DNA of 64,000 nt from Vicugna vicugna (lineage: Eukaryota), in assembly GCA_013265495.1 (NCBI GenBank), contig MU058636.1, positions 9,108,239 to 9,172,238 of the forward strand, given 5' to 3'. A program made the translations under genes and the position numbers. Below, piece by piece: positions 1-15,502 of the stretch (position 1 is its first letter; each line of letters starts with the position of its first letter). Below the pieces are notes generated by a model. It saw only the letters and a program-made list of their open reading frames with translations, did no database searches and was not told the DNA's origin.

Positions 1-3000
1 ACTTGACCTAAGTCATTACTCAGTCCCCACATGGATGCTCTGTCTTGCCTCTTATGCCTCCAGATGTTTGCGACTCTCTGGCTGGGAACCATGGCTCGTC
101 TGACCCCTCTCGGAAGAGTGGGTGCAGTCAGTATGTTTTCTGCATCATCTGTGCAGAATGCAGCCCGCCTCGAAGGGCAGTGGAAGCCTGGTGCAGATGC
201 ACCCCATCCTCACCCCTGACAGCCCTGGGGTGCCCGCGGGGAGAACGGAGCCAAAGCTCCCAAGTGGCCATGTGCAGTTCTCACAGCCATGCTAGGACCT
301 GCCCCTGCCCATCACAGAGGGGCCACAGAGCTCAGTTCAACTATCAGATGGGGCTTCAGAAGCGCACATTTTTGTCCAGAACAGGACTTATTTTGTTGCA
401 TTAAAATGGAGGGCTGAAAAAGGGCTTTTTGTACTTCTCAACCAAATGCCATGGGAGAACAAAGAGCAAATACACCATTCTGCCACGGTCATGGCTGTCA
501 ATAACTTCCTAGACAAATGGGTTTAGTCATTGATTAAGTAAATCAATAAATTCAATTTCCTCATCCATTGAAGCCTGTGGTACAAAGAGGAGAGCTAGAA
601 TAAGCAGAGAACAGAGCTCTGAGCGGGGACGGGAACCTCTCTGTGTCCTGCCTCCCATGCCTGCAGATGTCTGCCGCCCCAGGGTGCCCACCTGCGGAAA
701 ACCTGCTCTTTGTTGTCATGACTTCTACTTCTCTCCTTCTGCCTTCTCTACCACTTTGCTACCCTCCCTCGTTTCACTTTGATTCCACAATCTCCATCCT
801 TTGCCTGTGCACATAGAAAGTTTCAAGTGGGAGGAGCTTTACCCTGCATGAAATGTTAAACTCATTTTCTGGATGAGGAACCCAAGAAACTGAGCCATCC
901 TTTAGTCCCTGCCTAAGCCAGCCACTTGGAAGCTGTTTTATTTGACTTTCTTTTAGCATTGGCAGAGATGGGTGAAATGACACTGCATCTCAGGGGATGG
1001 ACGCTCCCCTGTGAAATTCCATTGGATGGTAGCAATTGTCTTCCGTTACAAGATTCTCTGCAGCTGGGCTGGACTGTGATCAAAAGCAGACAGCAGATTT
1101 CCGTGAGACTAGAAGGGCTTCAAGAAAATGTCAGGTCACTGTCATTCCTCTTGTCCTGTTTTCTAATCTAATCCAGGGAAGTCCAAAAGAACTGTTCCAC
1201 GGGCCAAGGGCAAGAGAGTAGGTGGCCGTATTTGAGTGCCCACTGTAAGCCAGACACTGTATTAGGACCTTTACAATCTTATTCATTTAAACTTTATGCT
1301 TACAACTCTGGGCTTTATATGTCAATTTCCAGATGAAATATCTGAGGCTCAAAGAATTCATTTTCTCGAAGTCCCCCAGCCAGTGTTTGAATATACATAT
1401 ATGTATTTCCTCCAAAGCTCTTCCATTTCCTCTGAGTTATACAGTCACCTGTCATTTCGCATGAAGAAATAATGAAAGAAATAATAACCAAGATCACAAT
1501 TAAACAGTAAACTTTACCGTAGCAACATTGTTTCACCTATTCTCACATATATGAAAAAAGAAAAAGTAATTTTTTCTATGTTTATTCTATTATTTTTTAC
1601 ATTTCTCTATCAAGCCTCAAATGCATACCTATAGGTAAATAAAAGCAAGTGTTCTAGGAAAACCATCAAGATCACTTTAGCCCTTGTGTGATGTGTCTGC
1701 GTGTTCAACAGATATTTACGGAGCATCCCCAGGTGCCAGAGTGAGGAAGGCACACTGACCCTGAAGCATCATATCATTAGGTGATTACATGCCACTAAAT
1801 TGTTACATTTAACAATGCAGACTGCTATGTATGACGACAGGAGGAGCAGTCAGCATCCACAGAAGTCTCTGACCTAGGGTAAAGGTAACTTCCCCTAACT
1901 GTCAGAAATTACGCTACTTTTCCTCACTCTTAGAAGCGTATAAATATTACTGAATATTAAACATTTTCATTTCTGTTAAGAGGAAAATATGTAAGAACTA
2001 AATCTTATTTTCTATAAAGATCCCTTTTCAATTCTATGTGATTGTATCTGAAAATTTCTGATTGCAATGGACTGTCTAACATCTTCACGAGACCCAAGTA
2101 CAGCCGTGAGCGAGTGGATTAAAATATTTGATCTCTGCAATCATTTTTAGTGGGACCAGATTAGGTTAATACTATATGATGTATATGATATATATATAAA
2201 TACTACATGATATATAGCATCATAATATGAACCTATTAAACTCTACTATTAAACATAGCAGAGTGTAAACGTACCATTCTAAAGAAACTAGAACTTACAT
2301 TTCAAGAACCCTAATCTTATTGGATACACAGAAAAGGCAGACTTTTGTTTGCTGAGTGAACCACCCTGTTTCATGAGGTGGAACTCAGATGATATAGGCT
2401 GATTAATATATGAAGCCCAACCATTATTATTTTATTATTTTCTGTACCGCTGAACATGTGGACATAAGGAGATCACTGCCTAGCTGATATTTTGACATGC
2501 ATGAGCCAGAATGAAAGGTCCAGATTTAAGGAAGTGATAGTTAGCTGCGGCCAGTGACACTGAAATGATAAAGCATGCGAGAGCTTCAACTTCAATGAGT
2601 GTCAGAGCTTCTGGTTTTTGAACTCTGTTGCCGTGAAGCATGGGTCAGTGTCTTAAGAGAAAGAAAAAATTATAAGCACTTGTTCAAAGGACAGCACACG
2701 TCTGGACATGTCGGTCACCAAAAGATGGTTAAGAAAAAAGGTGATGCAAAATGAAACGATTTTAGTGATGGAAAACTTTCTGAAAGTTTCTACATTCACA
2801 AAACAAAAACATTTAATGAGATGAACAAAGATTACCTAAAGATCCAGTTTAACCAACATGTTTGCATGCTGCCAAAGAATAATTTTTGGACATTGTGGCT
2901 TCCTGATGTGAACTCGTAAACACTTACTATCATGTGACTCAGATGTATTTTCATTATTCTCATTGTTTTTTCAATTCCTGTGAAATTAGCCCATATTACT

Positions 3001-4029
3001 ATGTCTGTTTCATAGTAAAAACAATAATAAACCATTGAAATGTAAGAGAGCAGTCCATCCATGTTCAAACGTATCAGTGACAGGCTCCGTATTCTGTACC
3101 ACTTGCTGGCCAGTCTGAGGGCACCATGGTTGCCTGGAGATGCGCCAGAATATCTTTTGAGTTGGTTCTGAGTGTGCCAGACTGTCTAAAGACGAACACT
3201 CAGTGCCTTCATCCATGCACTGCATTTTCTTCCCCTTCTTTGTTCTATTACAGCAAAGGTTTTCAGGAGATCTATTTTTCTATCATATTTTTAGCAGAGT
3301 CTTTTTTTTAATCTGTTTAGTATAATTGAGAAGAGGGGCATCTTTCCAGTGTAGCTACAACTATCTTATTTCTGAGAATAGATGTCATTTTTTGCCCAAG
3401 TCACAGCACAGTCAAAACCAAAAAATAAAAACAGCAGCTGCAAATCAAAGCACTCCTTACAGTGTGGTCACATTGACTAATAGTGTGTTCACTTTCAGCT
3501 TTATTTTTCAAAAGAAAAAAATGATAAAACCAATCTGAAAAGATAAAAGTAACACACGTTCATGGCAAAAATTCAGAGATTTAAAGAAATAAAAGTCACT
3601 GTAGCCCCACCACATGAAAATAACCACTGTTAACATTTGAGAGGGCGTCCCTGCAGGCATGTTTTTCTGTGTCTCTACTTACTTAGTAGAAAGTTGGCTA
3701 TTTCTACAGCATCACCTTTGCTTTGTGTCTTGGTAAACACCTTCCCGGAGGCTGCTGTGGTTTCCATTTCATGCGCTAATGGAATTTGACATATTATATG
3801 TTTTTCTATTATGTCATATAGCTGTTATATTCATGGACATATTATGTATATTATGCATATATATTTTATGTAATGCTTCTATAAATTATTAATATGTATT
3901 TTCTACATATTATATTTTTTAATCAGTATATCAGTCACAGGAGCAAACGAGTGGCACATTCAGAAATAGTCATTTTAAACTAGAATTTAATAACACGACT
4001 ATTCGGGAATTGGGAAACCAGTGGATGTA

Positions 4030-4375
4030 GTCAAGTGCCCCACGGCTAGTAAGAGGGGCACCATCACCACCCCTAGACCTCGGGAAAGGGAAGAAGTTCG
4101 CTGATCCAGGGGGTGAGCCAGGGCAGCCGGTAGGCACTGTGACCCTCACTTGGTGGGGCACAGCCAGGTCTGGAACCCTGAGGGGAGCCAGGAGAGCAAG
4201 TGCGACCTCACTCTGCTCTCACCCTCCACGTCCTCCCCATGCTCCCTGTTTGGCTGACCCAACGGGAAGCCAGAGCGCACGGGAAACCTTTGATGTGGTT
4301 CATAGTAGGCAGCTCCTGGGGCACAGGGCAGAGTGGAGAGGGATGGGACGTGGACCCTGAGGACCGGTGTCTGCT
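4030..4375. mobile_element. Possible ancient MaLR/ERVL LTR remnant
   Basis: GC-rich block with ggaagccagag...ggggcacagggcagagtggagaggg resembling old MLT1-type LTRs; family uncertain. Confidence 0.4.
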
Positions 4376-5361
4376 GTTCCAGCGTCTTTTATAATCCTCC
4401 AGATCAGTGTGGTTTATTGTTTTAAAAATAACCATGAGGCATTTTCTGTGTGCACATGAGACTTTCAGTGAAACAGACCCCCAGGCTAATATCAAAGCAA
4501 CTGTTTGAGGGTTATCATGTCAAACTATTGAACTAAATGTTTTATTGAACTAAATGTAATTTTACATTGAACTGTATCTTTCAACAATTTTATGTCATTG
4601 TTAGTATTTGGTGTACCTTTCTGCTACCTGAAAAATGAATCACTGAGACTTACACTGTTATATAAATATGAGGTTGTATACTCTTGTGTCATGGCTATTC
4701 CTCTAGAGGAGGAGGGAAACCACAAATGGGTTCCTTACAGCTGATAACATAGGTTTGTCAATTCTAAAGGGATCGCTATTTAAAAAACAACAAACAAAAA
4801 CACCAAGTGTCAAACAACACATTATTATACTTTTAATCATTAATTCAAAAGGAACACATTTGGGGTAAAAGAAAAATAATAATAGAGTAGACATTACATG
4901 ATCTGAGTGTTAATTCTAACTTGACCAGTAAAAGTCGTTGACAAATAATTTCAACTCTATGGTTCCAAGTTTCCTCATCAAGTAAGACATGAGACAAGAT
5001 GACTTCTGAGATTTCTTCTACCTCTAAAAGCCAACTACTCCGTTGGAAGGTGTGGTGACCTGAGCCAAGAGAACAAAGCTGAATTTAAGGGAAGTGTGTC
5101 AACAGCACCTATTAATTGAGGAAAAAAGCAATTACTGGAGATAAAAGCAATGTTGGGTTTTATGTCTAGATTAGGAATTCACTGGTCCAGAGCCTACACG
5201 TTTATGTGTGCTTCTCCCCACTTCTCCATCCTGCCCCTCACAATGGCTACTCTAAACGAATATGCAAAGGGAAATGATCGATCATTGGAGCAATTTTAAT
5301 TTGCACGGGACTATTCTATTTAATGAAAGGCTGAGCAAAATTAACTGTGTTTTCTCCTTAG

Positions 5362-5487
5362 AATCGACTGTATTCATCCCCCAGTCTGAGTACTCCATCG
5401 AAGAGGACATTGGCGAACTGTTCATTCCCGTCAGGAGAAGTGGCGACGTGAGCCGGGAGCTGATGGTGATCTGCTACACACGACAAG
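5362..5487 (+). CDS. FREM2: FREM2 exon 5 (126 nt, Calx-beta)
   Basis: ctccttag|AATCG...CAAG|gtagct; [43 protein letters not shown]. Confidence 0.95.
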
Positions 5488-6558
5488 GTAGCTCGATTCG
5501 CAAATGACCTAAAATGTCCCCGCAGATGTATAAATAAGCCTCTTTAACATGCTGGAGTCATGAAACTATGCCATGAAAGTTACACTTTATTAGTACAATT
5601 TTCATAAAGAAAAAAAAGCTTTTATGCAGGAGTCTTCTTTCACTGTTACGTCTCTGAGGACCTGGAAGGGCTCCAATGCTTAGTGAAAATGTTTCTGATT
5701 TGGTTGGTTACTCTCTCTAATACTCAGGCTTTGACGACTGCAGGATATCGAAGTCCCCTTCCCTCACCCAAGCCTGCTCCATAGAAGGAGGTTGTTATTA
5801 AAAAGAACAACAAGGAAAAAGAGGCAAAGAAATGCATTCCCAAGGACAAGAAACTAATTTGAAACTTATTTCAACCAAATTTCAAAATGCTTGTTTTGCT
5901 CATGGAGTAAGAATCCTCTGAAAGGTGATTTTATATAATACAAAACTAAAATTAATACTTAATATTAATATACTAAGCACCGTTCTAAGAAGCAAGTAGA
6001 CTTTTCTAAGAATTTAAAAGAAAAGATCATAGATGCAGTTGATACCTGAGCAAACTTTCGTTAAAATTGTCATTACTGTAAATGAGTTCGAAGGCGGTAA
6101 AGAATGGTGGTCAAAATGCAAATTTGAGGATCAGCCTTGAGCTCTGGGTCCCAGAGCAAGTGGTTTGACTTCTGTAAACCTCAGGTGCCAAACGTGTAAA
6201 ACCGAATAGAGTGGTTAAGAGGATTAAGGAGGCAACGCATGTAAAGCGCTTGGCACTTTGCCTGCCACAGTAAGCATTTGAACAGCAGGAGCTATTATTC
6301 TGTATTATTGTGTTGTTCCGAAAGACCACTGGCAGGTAGTAGAGGAGAAAACACTTGAACTGTAATAGCCATCGTATGTTGGAGACCCTAATGAAGGCGA
6401 CTCGTGATGCCAGAACAGGAGGTAAGAGCTGTTGCAATTTCCAGGGGTGTTCATAGATATGATGGACCATTCAGACGCTGCAGGTGAAAATAATTGTTTC
6501 CGGAAATACCTTTGTAATATGTTTGGTAGAAACCCCTTTGGGTTCTCTCTGCCCCCAG

Positions 6559-6810
6559 GAACGGCAAGAGGAACTGTGCCGACATCCGTGTTGTCCTATT
6601 CTGACTACATATCCCGGCCCGAGGACCACACCAGCGTTATTCGCTTTGACAAAGACGAGCGGGAGAAAATGTGTCGGGTTGTCATCATCGACGACTCCTT
6701 GTATGAAGAGGAGGAAACGTTCCACGTTCTCCTGAGCATGCCCATGGGGGGCAGAATCGGACCAGAGTTCCCAGGGGCTCAGGTGACGATCGTCCCCGAC
6801 AAAGACGATG
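6559..6810 (+). CDS. FREM2: FREM2 exon 6 (252 nt, Calx-beta)
   Basis: cccccag|GAACG...GATG|gtaagt; [23 protein letters not shown]...[17 protein letters not shown]...PDKDD. Confidence 0.96.
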
Positions 6811-9800
6811 GTAAGTACCGAGTCACCTGGCAATTATTCCTCCTCCCAGGCAGGCCAACGTCAGGCACAACCTTCTAAACAGAAAGATGAGAGTGTGAAT
6901 GAATTTTAACGTGCACGTTTATTTTATACTGGATTTTATAGTGTGATTAAGTTTCTACCTTGGCTGCGTCAATCAATTTGTCTTTCTTGATTTAGTGTTT
7001 TGAAAGGGCAAAGTCACGCCCCCGTGTGTTCTTCCCTCTGTACAGTTTCTTGTACGATGCCATTTACCCTTAGATGATTAATTTTTTTAAATTACATGGT
7101 GAAGAATTGAAGCAATTTTAATTAACAACTTATGGTTTTACTGGTTTTGCTTTGACTGTAAAAGCTTATCTTTTGTAACTTGGATCTTTGTGTTTGAACT
7201 CGATTAACAAAGAAACCCATCAGACAAGGCTTAAATGAAGATCTAGAAAGGTAACAATTATATGGAAAATTAAGTCCAACGGGCAGCTAGCTGTCTGCCC
7301 CCAGAAGGAGATGTTGTATCCTAGACAATTCTTCCTGATGGAAACCTAATTACCATAAAATAATCTCTTTTTCTGAACAGAAAAAGAAGCAAAAGGGTCT
7401 TTGAGACAGTTTGTGCTTTCTTGTGAGAAAAGAGAGAGCAAGAGGAAAGATCATGGGGAATCTAGTGAGGGAAGTGAGAGCAGTAAACTGAGAGACGGGA
7501 CCCCCCAGTACTTGAATATTTTTCCTGCCTTCTTGAATTTCTCCTAGTAGATGAAAGAGGAACAAACTGAATCTTTTGGTTCAGAGAGAAGCTGGAGGAA
7601 ATTTAAAAGACTTTAATACCAAATAATCTGAAAACTCAGAAAGTTGAAAATAACCCACCAGGGAAGGGTTTTCCAGCGCTTTCTGCCTTCATTGCTGCAT
7701 CCATCTCTGTGGCAGTGGGTGTACCACATGACTTATCAACCAACTAAGTGTCCCCTGACTGAAATGAAACAAATCCTTTGTAACTTTGTAACTCGGAGCA
7801 ATCCGGATTTTAAAAAAGGAATTGATTCTCCAAAGCTAGATTATTCCTCAGTGAAGTTAAAGGATGCTATTTCTCTGCTTGCCAAAGTGGAGGACCAAGA
7901 CCTGGACCAAAAGTGACTTTTCTTAGGTGCAAATGTTTGAAAATCTCAGCTGGGACCGTAGGTTTTCTCTGTACTAGCTCTTAATTGTAGAACAGGGGCT
8001 CAGAGGACAGAAATAGTGTCCTGATTGACTCTGTGCTACATCTTGAAGAAACAGCTAAAATCTTCATTGTGTTTGGAAGAGACTTACACATGAGCAACAT
8101 GCTGACATAAGAACAGTGCTCTCATTTTGTGCAGATCTCCTAAACATGATTGTGTTCAGTCCTTAGTACTTCAGTGAAGGTTACGATTTAATACCTCAGC
8201 CTTTGTTCATTAGGATGAGTGTTAAGTCAGTGCTAACAATATTTCACTAATCTTTTCTGTCAGTCTTTGGAAGTTAATTAAAGAACGTTTAAGCTAAATC
8301 CATTTTCCGCTTTTGTTTGCCAACCCGCAGGGGTTTTAGCTAAAGTGGCTGGCTTCGTCGACCACCCTGGAAAAATTACCATGCTGGTAGATATAAACCA
8401 AGGGCATATAAAAGGCAGCATGGTGAGGCCGGTGGTAATTCAGTGCCATTCAAAAGCTTACTGACATCAGAAAAGCTTTCTCAACAGCAGGAGGACCATA
8501 GAGAAGAAAACATTTCTAGTGCTAGAAAAATACATCGTGGTATGATGTGTGGGTCAAATCCATTTTATTCATTGGTACAGGGCTGAAAGACTTGGTCACC
8601 ATCCTTTTTATTCCTGGATACTATTATTTGTATTTGAGTAAACTAACAACTTGATGAAACAAAGTTACGTTCTGTATTTAGTATGCTTGAGCCAGAACAA
8701 TACTAAAAGTCAAGAAATGGAAAAATGAGTTTCTAACTGCTCAGAATATCAATGCACTGCAGCCATTAACAGACTGTTTAATGTAGTTGGTAGAGCTAAG
8801 GATTTAGTGAAAGCCAATGGGTGTTTAATGGGTTCCTAGTCTGTGAGAGGCATTGCAAGAATGCACTGAATAGTAATGATCATACCAGTTTTTCCACATA
8901 AGAAGGATGCTAGTTTAATGATATAGATAACATATCCTTTGAAAACCAAAATAAGATAAAAGAGAACATATATGAAATGTCTTACATTTAAAAAAAATTA
9001 ATCTCACATGCCACACACACAGCAAATATGTCATGCATTTTTTTTACTCAGTGTCACAGATGGGGACGATAAAGTCATTTAAGACATAAGCCAGGATCTC
9101 ACAATGCTTAAAATCTGTTTGGGGGGAAAAGCTAAGCCCATAAAAGATTAAAGGAGAATAATTTATTTCAATCATAATTTGAAACAGGACAAAGGAGACA
9201 GAAGAAGACAGAGTGTGATTGAAAGCAAGTGCATGATCACTCTATGAGCCAGAGGAGGAACAGATGAAGGCTTTAATAGATGGGATGGATTTAGAATGAT
9301 TGGAGAAGAAGGCAAAAGATTCCAAGATTGTACGCATGAAAGCAAGAGGGAGAGGAAGACTTGGGAACAGTGGGCAATCCAATCCGGTCGGGTTGCCTTT
9401 TCTGAGGACGGTTCAGTGCCCAGCTTCTAGGGTTAGGGGTTGGGAAATCGAGGCTATGGGTGCACTTTTGCTGCTTTCTAGTCAAGGAATCTTCGCCAAT
9501 CCACTTGTCTTCTTGTACCTGTTCTCCTCATTTGAGCATATTATCACCTGAGTTTCTTAATATACAGAATTTTCATGAGAACCAAGTAGCATGTGTATGA
9601 CAGCACTTTAAAAACTAGCTAAACAGAAGAAAAGTTGGGAGTCATCGACAGCTGACTCTGAAAAAATAGGTTGGAAGCTCACTGTGGATGCCCTTGAATA
9701 AAATAAGAGGTTCTGAGTTTGTTCGGTGGGAGCACCTGAAAGCTTCCGGACAAAAGGGTGCAATAGTCAGAGTGGTGTTTGGAGGTTATTAATTAGCTAG

Positions 9801-10198
9801 CAGTATAAGTGAACAGGAAAGGAACCAAAACGGGAAATGGATGAGTAGGGTGAGGACTTTGGAACTGGAAAGGCAACAAGCCACTGTCTAGGAAAAACCC
9901 TGCTATGAGTTGGACCTCATGTAAGGAAGAAGGAGGAGGGAAATTTTAAAAATATGTATCTAAAAACATTTGTGCTTGACGAGTTCAAAGAATGGAGAAC
10001 CCATTTATTATAGGAAGTTAAGAGAGGGAACCAGTCTAGGGAAAGGAAGTTGGGAGAAGATAAGAAACTCTGTTTAAACATGCCAAGTTCAGGTTACCAG
10101 GGCAACAAGCCTTGATAAATATGGAACTGACAGAGCTGGAGTTAGAGATTTGTAAGCCTCGCATCTGATGGTGACGGCTGAAATCAAGAGGATACATG

Positions 10199-11363
10199 GA
10201 AGAGAACACGTGCAGCACATTCTCTGACATAAATCACAACAATGTTCTCCTAGGGCAGGCTACCCAGGCAATAGAAATGAAAACAAAAAGAAACAAATGA
10301 GGCCTGATTAAACTTACAAGCTATTGCACAGCAAAAGAAACCATAAGCAAAACACAAAGACAGCCTATAGACTGGGAGGAAATACTTGCAAACTATGTGA
10401 CTGACAAGGATGTACACACAGCTCATGCAACTCAATGACAACGACAACAACAAGATCAGTCAAAAATGAGCAGAGGACCCAGACAGACATTTCTCCAATG
10501 AAGACATACAGATAATATCGCTAATCATCAGAGACATGTAAGTCAAATCTACAATGAAGTATCATCTCGCACTGGTCAGAATGGACATCATGAAAAAGTC
10601 CACAAACAACCAATGCTGGAGAGGGTGTGGAGAAAAGGAAGCCCTCCTACACTGTTGGTGAGAAGGCAATTTGGTGCAGCCACTGTGGAGAACATTGTGG
10701 AGATTCCTTAGAAAACTAAAAATCAAGTTACCATATGATCCAGCAGTCCCATTCCTGGGGGCATACATCTGGAGAAAACTCCAATTCAAAAAGATATTGT
10801 TCATAGCAGCACTGTTTACAACAGCCAAGACATGGAAGCAGCCTAAATGTCCATCGACAGATGATTGGATAAAGAAGATATGGTATCTATATAGATCCAT
10901 TGTATGTATGTATATGTATATATAATGGAATACTACTCAGCCAAAAAAAGAATGAAATAATGCCATTTGCAGCAACATAGATGGACCTAGAGATTATCAT
11001 ACTAAGTGAAGGAAGTCAGACAGAGAAAGACAAATACCATATGATATCACTTATATGTGGAATCTAAAAGAATGACACAAATGGACTTATTTACAAAACA
11101 AAAACTCACAGACGTAGAAAACAAACTTATAGTTACCAAAGGGGAAATGAGTGGGGAGGGATAAATTGGGAGTTTAGGATTAGCAGATACACACTACTAT
11201 ATACAAAATAGATAAACAGCAAGGTCCTAGTGTATAGCAGAGAACTACATTCAATAGTTTATAATAATCTATAATGAAAAAGAATATTTATACGTATAAC
11301 TGAATCACTATGCTGTATGCCAGAAACCAATACAGCATTGTGAATCTTCAATTTTTTTAAACA
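10199..11363 (+). mobile_element. 5'-truncated LINE-1 (degenerate ORF2 C-terminus + 3' UTR)
   Basis: ORF2-like [26 protein letters not shown]...[16 protein letters not shown]. Likely TSD aagaggataca(t/c)g at 10186-10198 and 11364-11376. Confidence 0.93.
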
Positions 11364-14300
11364 AAGAGGATACACGAGAACTTAAGAAGAAAGAGAGGGT
11401 GAAAAGTGCAAGTTACTATGCAGCGGGCTTCACGTATATTTAAGATAAATCTGAAAAATAAAGTGGAATAATGAAAGGTTATTAGAATGTATTTCTACTA
11501 AACGTTAATATGCAGGTTGTTTTGGCTGTTAGTTGCAAATAGTAATTAAGTATCGTTATATAACAAGAAAATTGTGGAAATGTAGAAAATCGAGTACATT
11601 ATTGGAGTTGACAGTAAGTATACCTCTTGGCCTATAAAACAAACTGATTTTAAATGTTGCTTCTTTTTAAAAGAAGTAAAAACTACAGTAGTGTAGTTTA
11701 GTTCCCTTGGTTTGTACCTCCTTCCGGTCAAACATAAACAATTCTGTGATAAAGAATCACTTCTCATCACTTATTTTTTTACTGCACTGGTTTCAGAGAG
11801 GGGTTTTGAAATTATGGGATTAATTCATTTTTAACAGACTCATGAGCAGGAGAAGGTAAGAAGAAAGAACATTTGTGAATGCAAAAGAGCGTGTCATTCA
11901 CTAAATGTGAGTAGGAGGGTCCAGAGGAGGGAGACTTCCCAGGCTGGGACTTGGAGGACCCCAGTGTTCCCTACGTAATGCTGGACCTGGCTGGACTCAG
12001 AGCCCAGCAGGCCAGCCGTAAACCAGGAGCAGCTCCACACGGGGCTGGGATGCAGGGACACATATTAAAATAAAGGCAAGTGAGCAAGGGTCTGAGGCGA
12101 CAGGAGTGGGTTCATTAGCAGTGGGGCTACATTTGACTCAACCTGATAGTGTCGCGGACTCGAAAGGACCGTGCTGCTCTGCTGTTGCAAACTCCCCTGG
12201 TCTCTTTGAAACTGCTGATACAGTGTACTGCTCCCCGCAGGAAAGGCGTTAAGAGCTTTGTTCCTCTTCGCACACGCCAGCCTGGCAAGCAGCCACCTGG
12301 ACCTCTCCTGCCAGTCGCAGGAAAACAGTCACCGCTGTTACCAGAAAAGGCGAAGGCTCCAGCCTGCTGTGCGAGAACGCTAACCATTTTGTATAATTCA
12401 CACTGAAGAATGACCTGACGGCTCACAAGAAAGTGAGCACAGGGGAACTGTGCCAGGACCGAGGGCCAGTTCGCCCAGAAACCAGCTTTCAAATCCATGG
12501 AGTGTGAACTTGCAGGTGCGGCCCCTGCTAGGGCGGTCCTCAGACCTTACGGCTGCAGTGAATTGAATAGGATCATAGTGTTCACGGCACTAAACGAACT
12601 CACGTCTCTATTCCTCAGGGCTCCACAGATATCCTGTATGTCATGTAATAATGACTATAATATATAGTCACAGGCAACTATTATATGTAATAATAGCGTA
12701 GGTGTGCTAAGCCTTTTACGTCCATGATTTCGTCTAACACAGACACACAAACTATGAGCATGGTCACGCTGTGCCTCAGTTGTTATCCGTGAGCAGTTAG
12801 GCAACCTGCTCCAGGTCAGAGAGCTGAGAGGCATCTAGCCAGGCTGAGCACAGAGTCCGCGGCACCGGCCGCTGGGCTGGCCACCTCGCCGTGGACGGGC
12901 AGCGTGCATATTGCTTATGTATTCTACACTGTGATGCTGAAAAGCAGCACGAGGCATCCTGACCGAGAACTTTACAGGATGAAACAAGCTGCATACGTTC
13001 CTGTGCCTGCAGCCCCAGAGTGTCCTAGGAGACTTAAAATGTTAGTAGTTACAGATACGAGGCTGACTTGTACGGGAACCATTTTGGCTCACCTTTTATC
13101 AATTATAATTCCACCAGGATCATTAGGGGAGTATATTAGTGGAGTCTGGCACTTCAGTTGCACAAGGAAAAGCATTGTTTTCCCACATCATTTAGCAAAT
13201 TGCCCAGTGGAAGGGGTTGCCCTTCTGAAGGACTGGGTTTGGGCTGTCTTGTCAAGTCCTTATGGAGAAATGCCGTCTTGTGTTTGTTTTGTCTTTTTCC
13301 TGGTAACGCTATCTGCCTGACTCCCGTCTTTTCCACATAGGAGAGTAAATGCTGACCATGTAAGACCATCTTGTAAATGTCAAAGGATAAATATTGCTCA
13401 TTTATTATCACTCAAACCCTGATCACTAAATATTTATAGGAACCTCAAAATCTCAGTCATAGAGGAATTCCATTTTAGTGCTAAAAAACACATCAATCTG
13501 AGAAGCAACTTCTCAGACACTAGACTCCAGAGTTTGTACACTTAAAATCATTAAAAGAGATATTACAATGAAAAACAATAAAATATATGAGGTTGAATAA
13601 TTAGAAAAGATCTCTAATTGTTAGTGTTTGCATCAGAAATTCCAAATTATTCACCAGCAACCAGTATTCTTTTGTTGAAATCATGAAGTGCAAAGAGAAT
13701 GCCAGTAAACCAAAGCTGCAACTTGGCTGAAAGCGAAAGGTTTGAAGTCTTGACCTGCAAGTTCCTTGATGTAAACAGAAGCCAGAGGCTATGAAATACT
13801 ACTGTGAAATCACAGACGTCTGAGTCTTTTTTAAGTCCAGACAGTGCGCTGTGTACCAATGGCCTGTTGCTGAGAACATATACTTCATAAAATCCATTAC
13901 TAAACAGACATAGCTTCTCCTTTTATTGTATTAGAATGAAAAATTAAGAAAAACATTTTGGAATATATATATACTATTTTCTGACGCTGTCGATATATCA
14001 GTTGGTCACTGTGGAAATGTGAAACCTGCTAGTTTGCTTCCTGAAGAAACTTGCCACCAACCGGAAGTAGTTCTTGAGTTAGTGGTCCCGACGGAGCCAC
14101 CAGGTTCCCTGTACCTTCCTTTCTCTTCACAGATAGATGTAACCTTTCACAGGAGTGAGAGAGGTTTCGTGATTTCCTGAGGAAGCAGGTCTCCATTCTG
14201 CCCTACAGAGGCAGACACTGGAATCTCTTTTTTTCCTCCCTTCATTCCTAGTTTATAAATCATAAACATATGTTTTTTGTCATTGGCCTTAAATCTTCCT

Positions 14301-15502
14301 TTAAATGATGTGGAGACACTTGCTACTGACCTTGAGAGATACAAGATTACCTGGTAAATTGTATGGGTAGTAGGTATCGTTGGATAAAACCAGCGGACGA
14401 CATCATGCTACAAATAATCCCATTAATAATCTGTGTGAGGCGTGTAAAATGTAGCTAAAACTGAAAACACTATCCTCTTTTCTTTAGTAACGGTTTGAAG
14501 CACTTAAAACTTATGGCTAAAACTTTCCCTTCATACTTCTGGAGAAATGAAGCATTCTCTTCATCCTTGCTCTAAGAAACAGGTCTTCATTCTGCCAGAG
14601 TGAAACAGACAATGGATATAATATATATTCAGAGATTTATGTATTTAAAGCATTTGCTGAGCATCTCTAATGCACCAGATGTTGTGACCGAGGATTTGTC
14701 CTGCCCTCACTCCGTATATATTCACATCAGCACAGTGTACCACTTCGTAGCACCCCCCTGAGTCGTGGCCACTCCCCACGGCACCAAAGACACCATGGTG
14801 AGCAAGGCTGGCCCAACCTACAGAGGATTCCAACAGGGAAACAGGCAAACAGATACAAAATGGCAACTGAAAAAACCAGGCTCTGTGTGCAACGGGTGCT
14901 TTCAAAGGGGCACCCAGTGCGACCCGAGGGTCCAGAAAAGCCACACAAAGAAGCAAGAAGGCTGAGCCACTGATGTGTATTGTCACATGTGCCCCCAGGC
15001 TGGGACAGTCTCTTAACTGTGAAGACAACTGCACTGTCCAGATGACCCAAATCACCGCACAGGTCAGCAGTCACTGAGTTAAACACAGTCCTGTGACAAG
15101 AAATAAGTTGGTTGGTAGAGCTTCAATAGGCAGGACTTAAAAAAAATAAGTCAGAAGAGTTGGGATATTGACATTGTGAGAGAAAAATAGCTTTCCTTTT
15201 ACGCTGCGTAGGGCTGAAATACATCTCAGCTTCAATTTCCCTGAGGCTGTTTCAATGACAGTCTGCTTCACAGTCCCCGGAAGGACGCTGCAAAGCTAAA
15301 ACTCTGTGCTTCAAAATGCCAACAAGATGCTCATTCTTCTTGTTTTTTTGTTGATCAAGACTCACACTTATTCAGAGGGGGTAATTTTCAGGATGGCACT
15401 CACTGCCAGGGAAAGCTTTAAAAAGCCAAAGCCATAAAGCCCTTTACAATCTCAGTGCTGCGAGGTAATCCTGTGAGTCCAAGATCAAGTTATAAATAGT
15501 AT

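Noticed and set aside
4526..4557. Short direct repeats (tattgaactaaatgt twice; also ttaaatataggt twice near 53384-53413) as CRISPR-like or regulatory arrays
   Set aside because: Only two copies with no spacers; ordinary slippage duplications in AT-rich intron.
1..5361. Additional FREM2 exon or separate gene at the window start
   Set aside because: No ORF with FREM2-like or other recognisable sequence bounded by splice sites; consistent with intron.
6111..6833. Minus-strand ORFs of about 120 aa (also 39826-40218 and 47063-47329) as antisense genes
   Set aside because: Mostly shadows of FREM2 coding exons or repeat-derived sequence, with no independent support.
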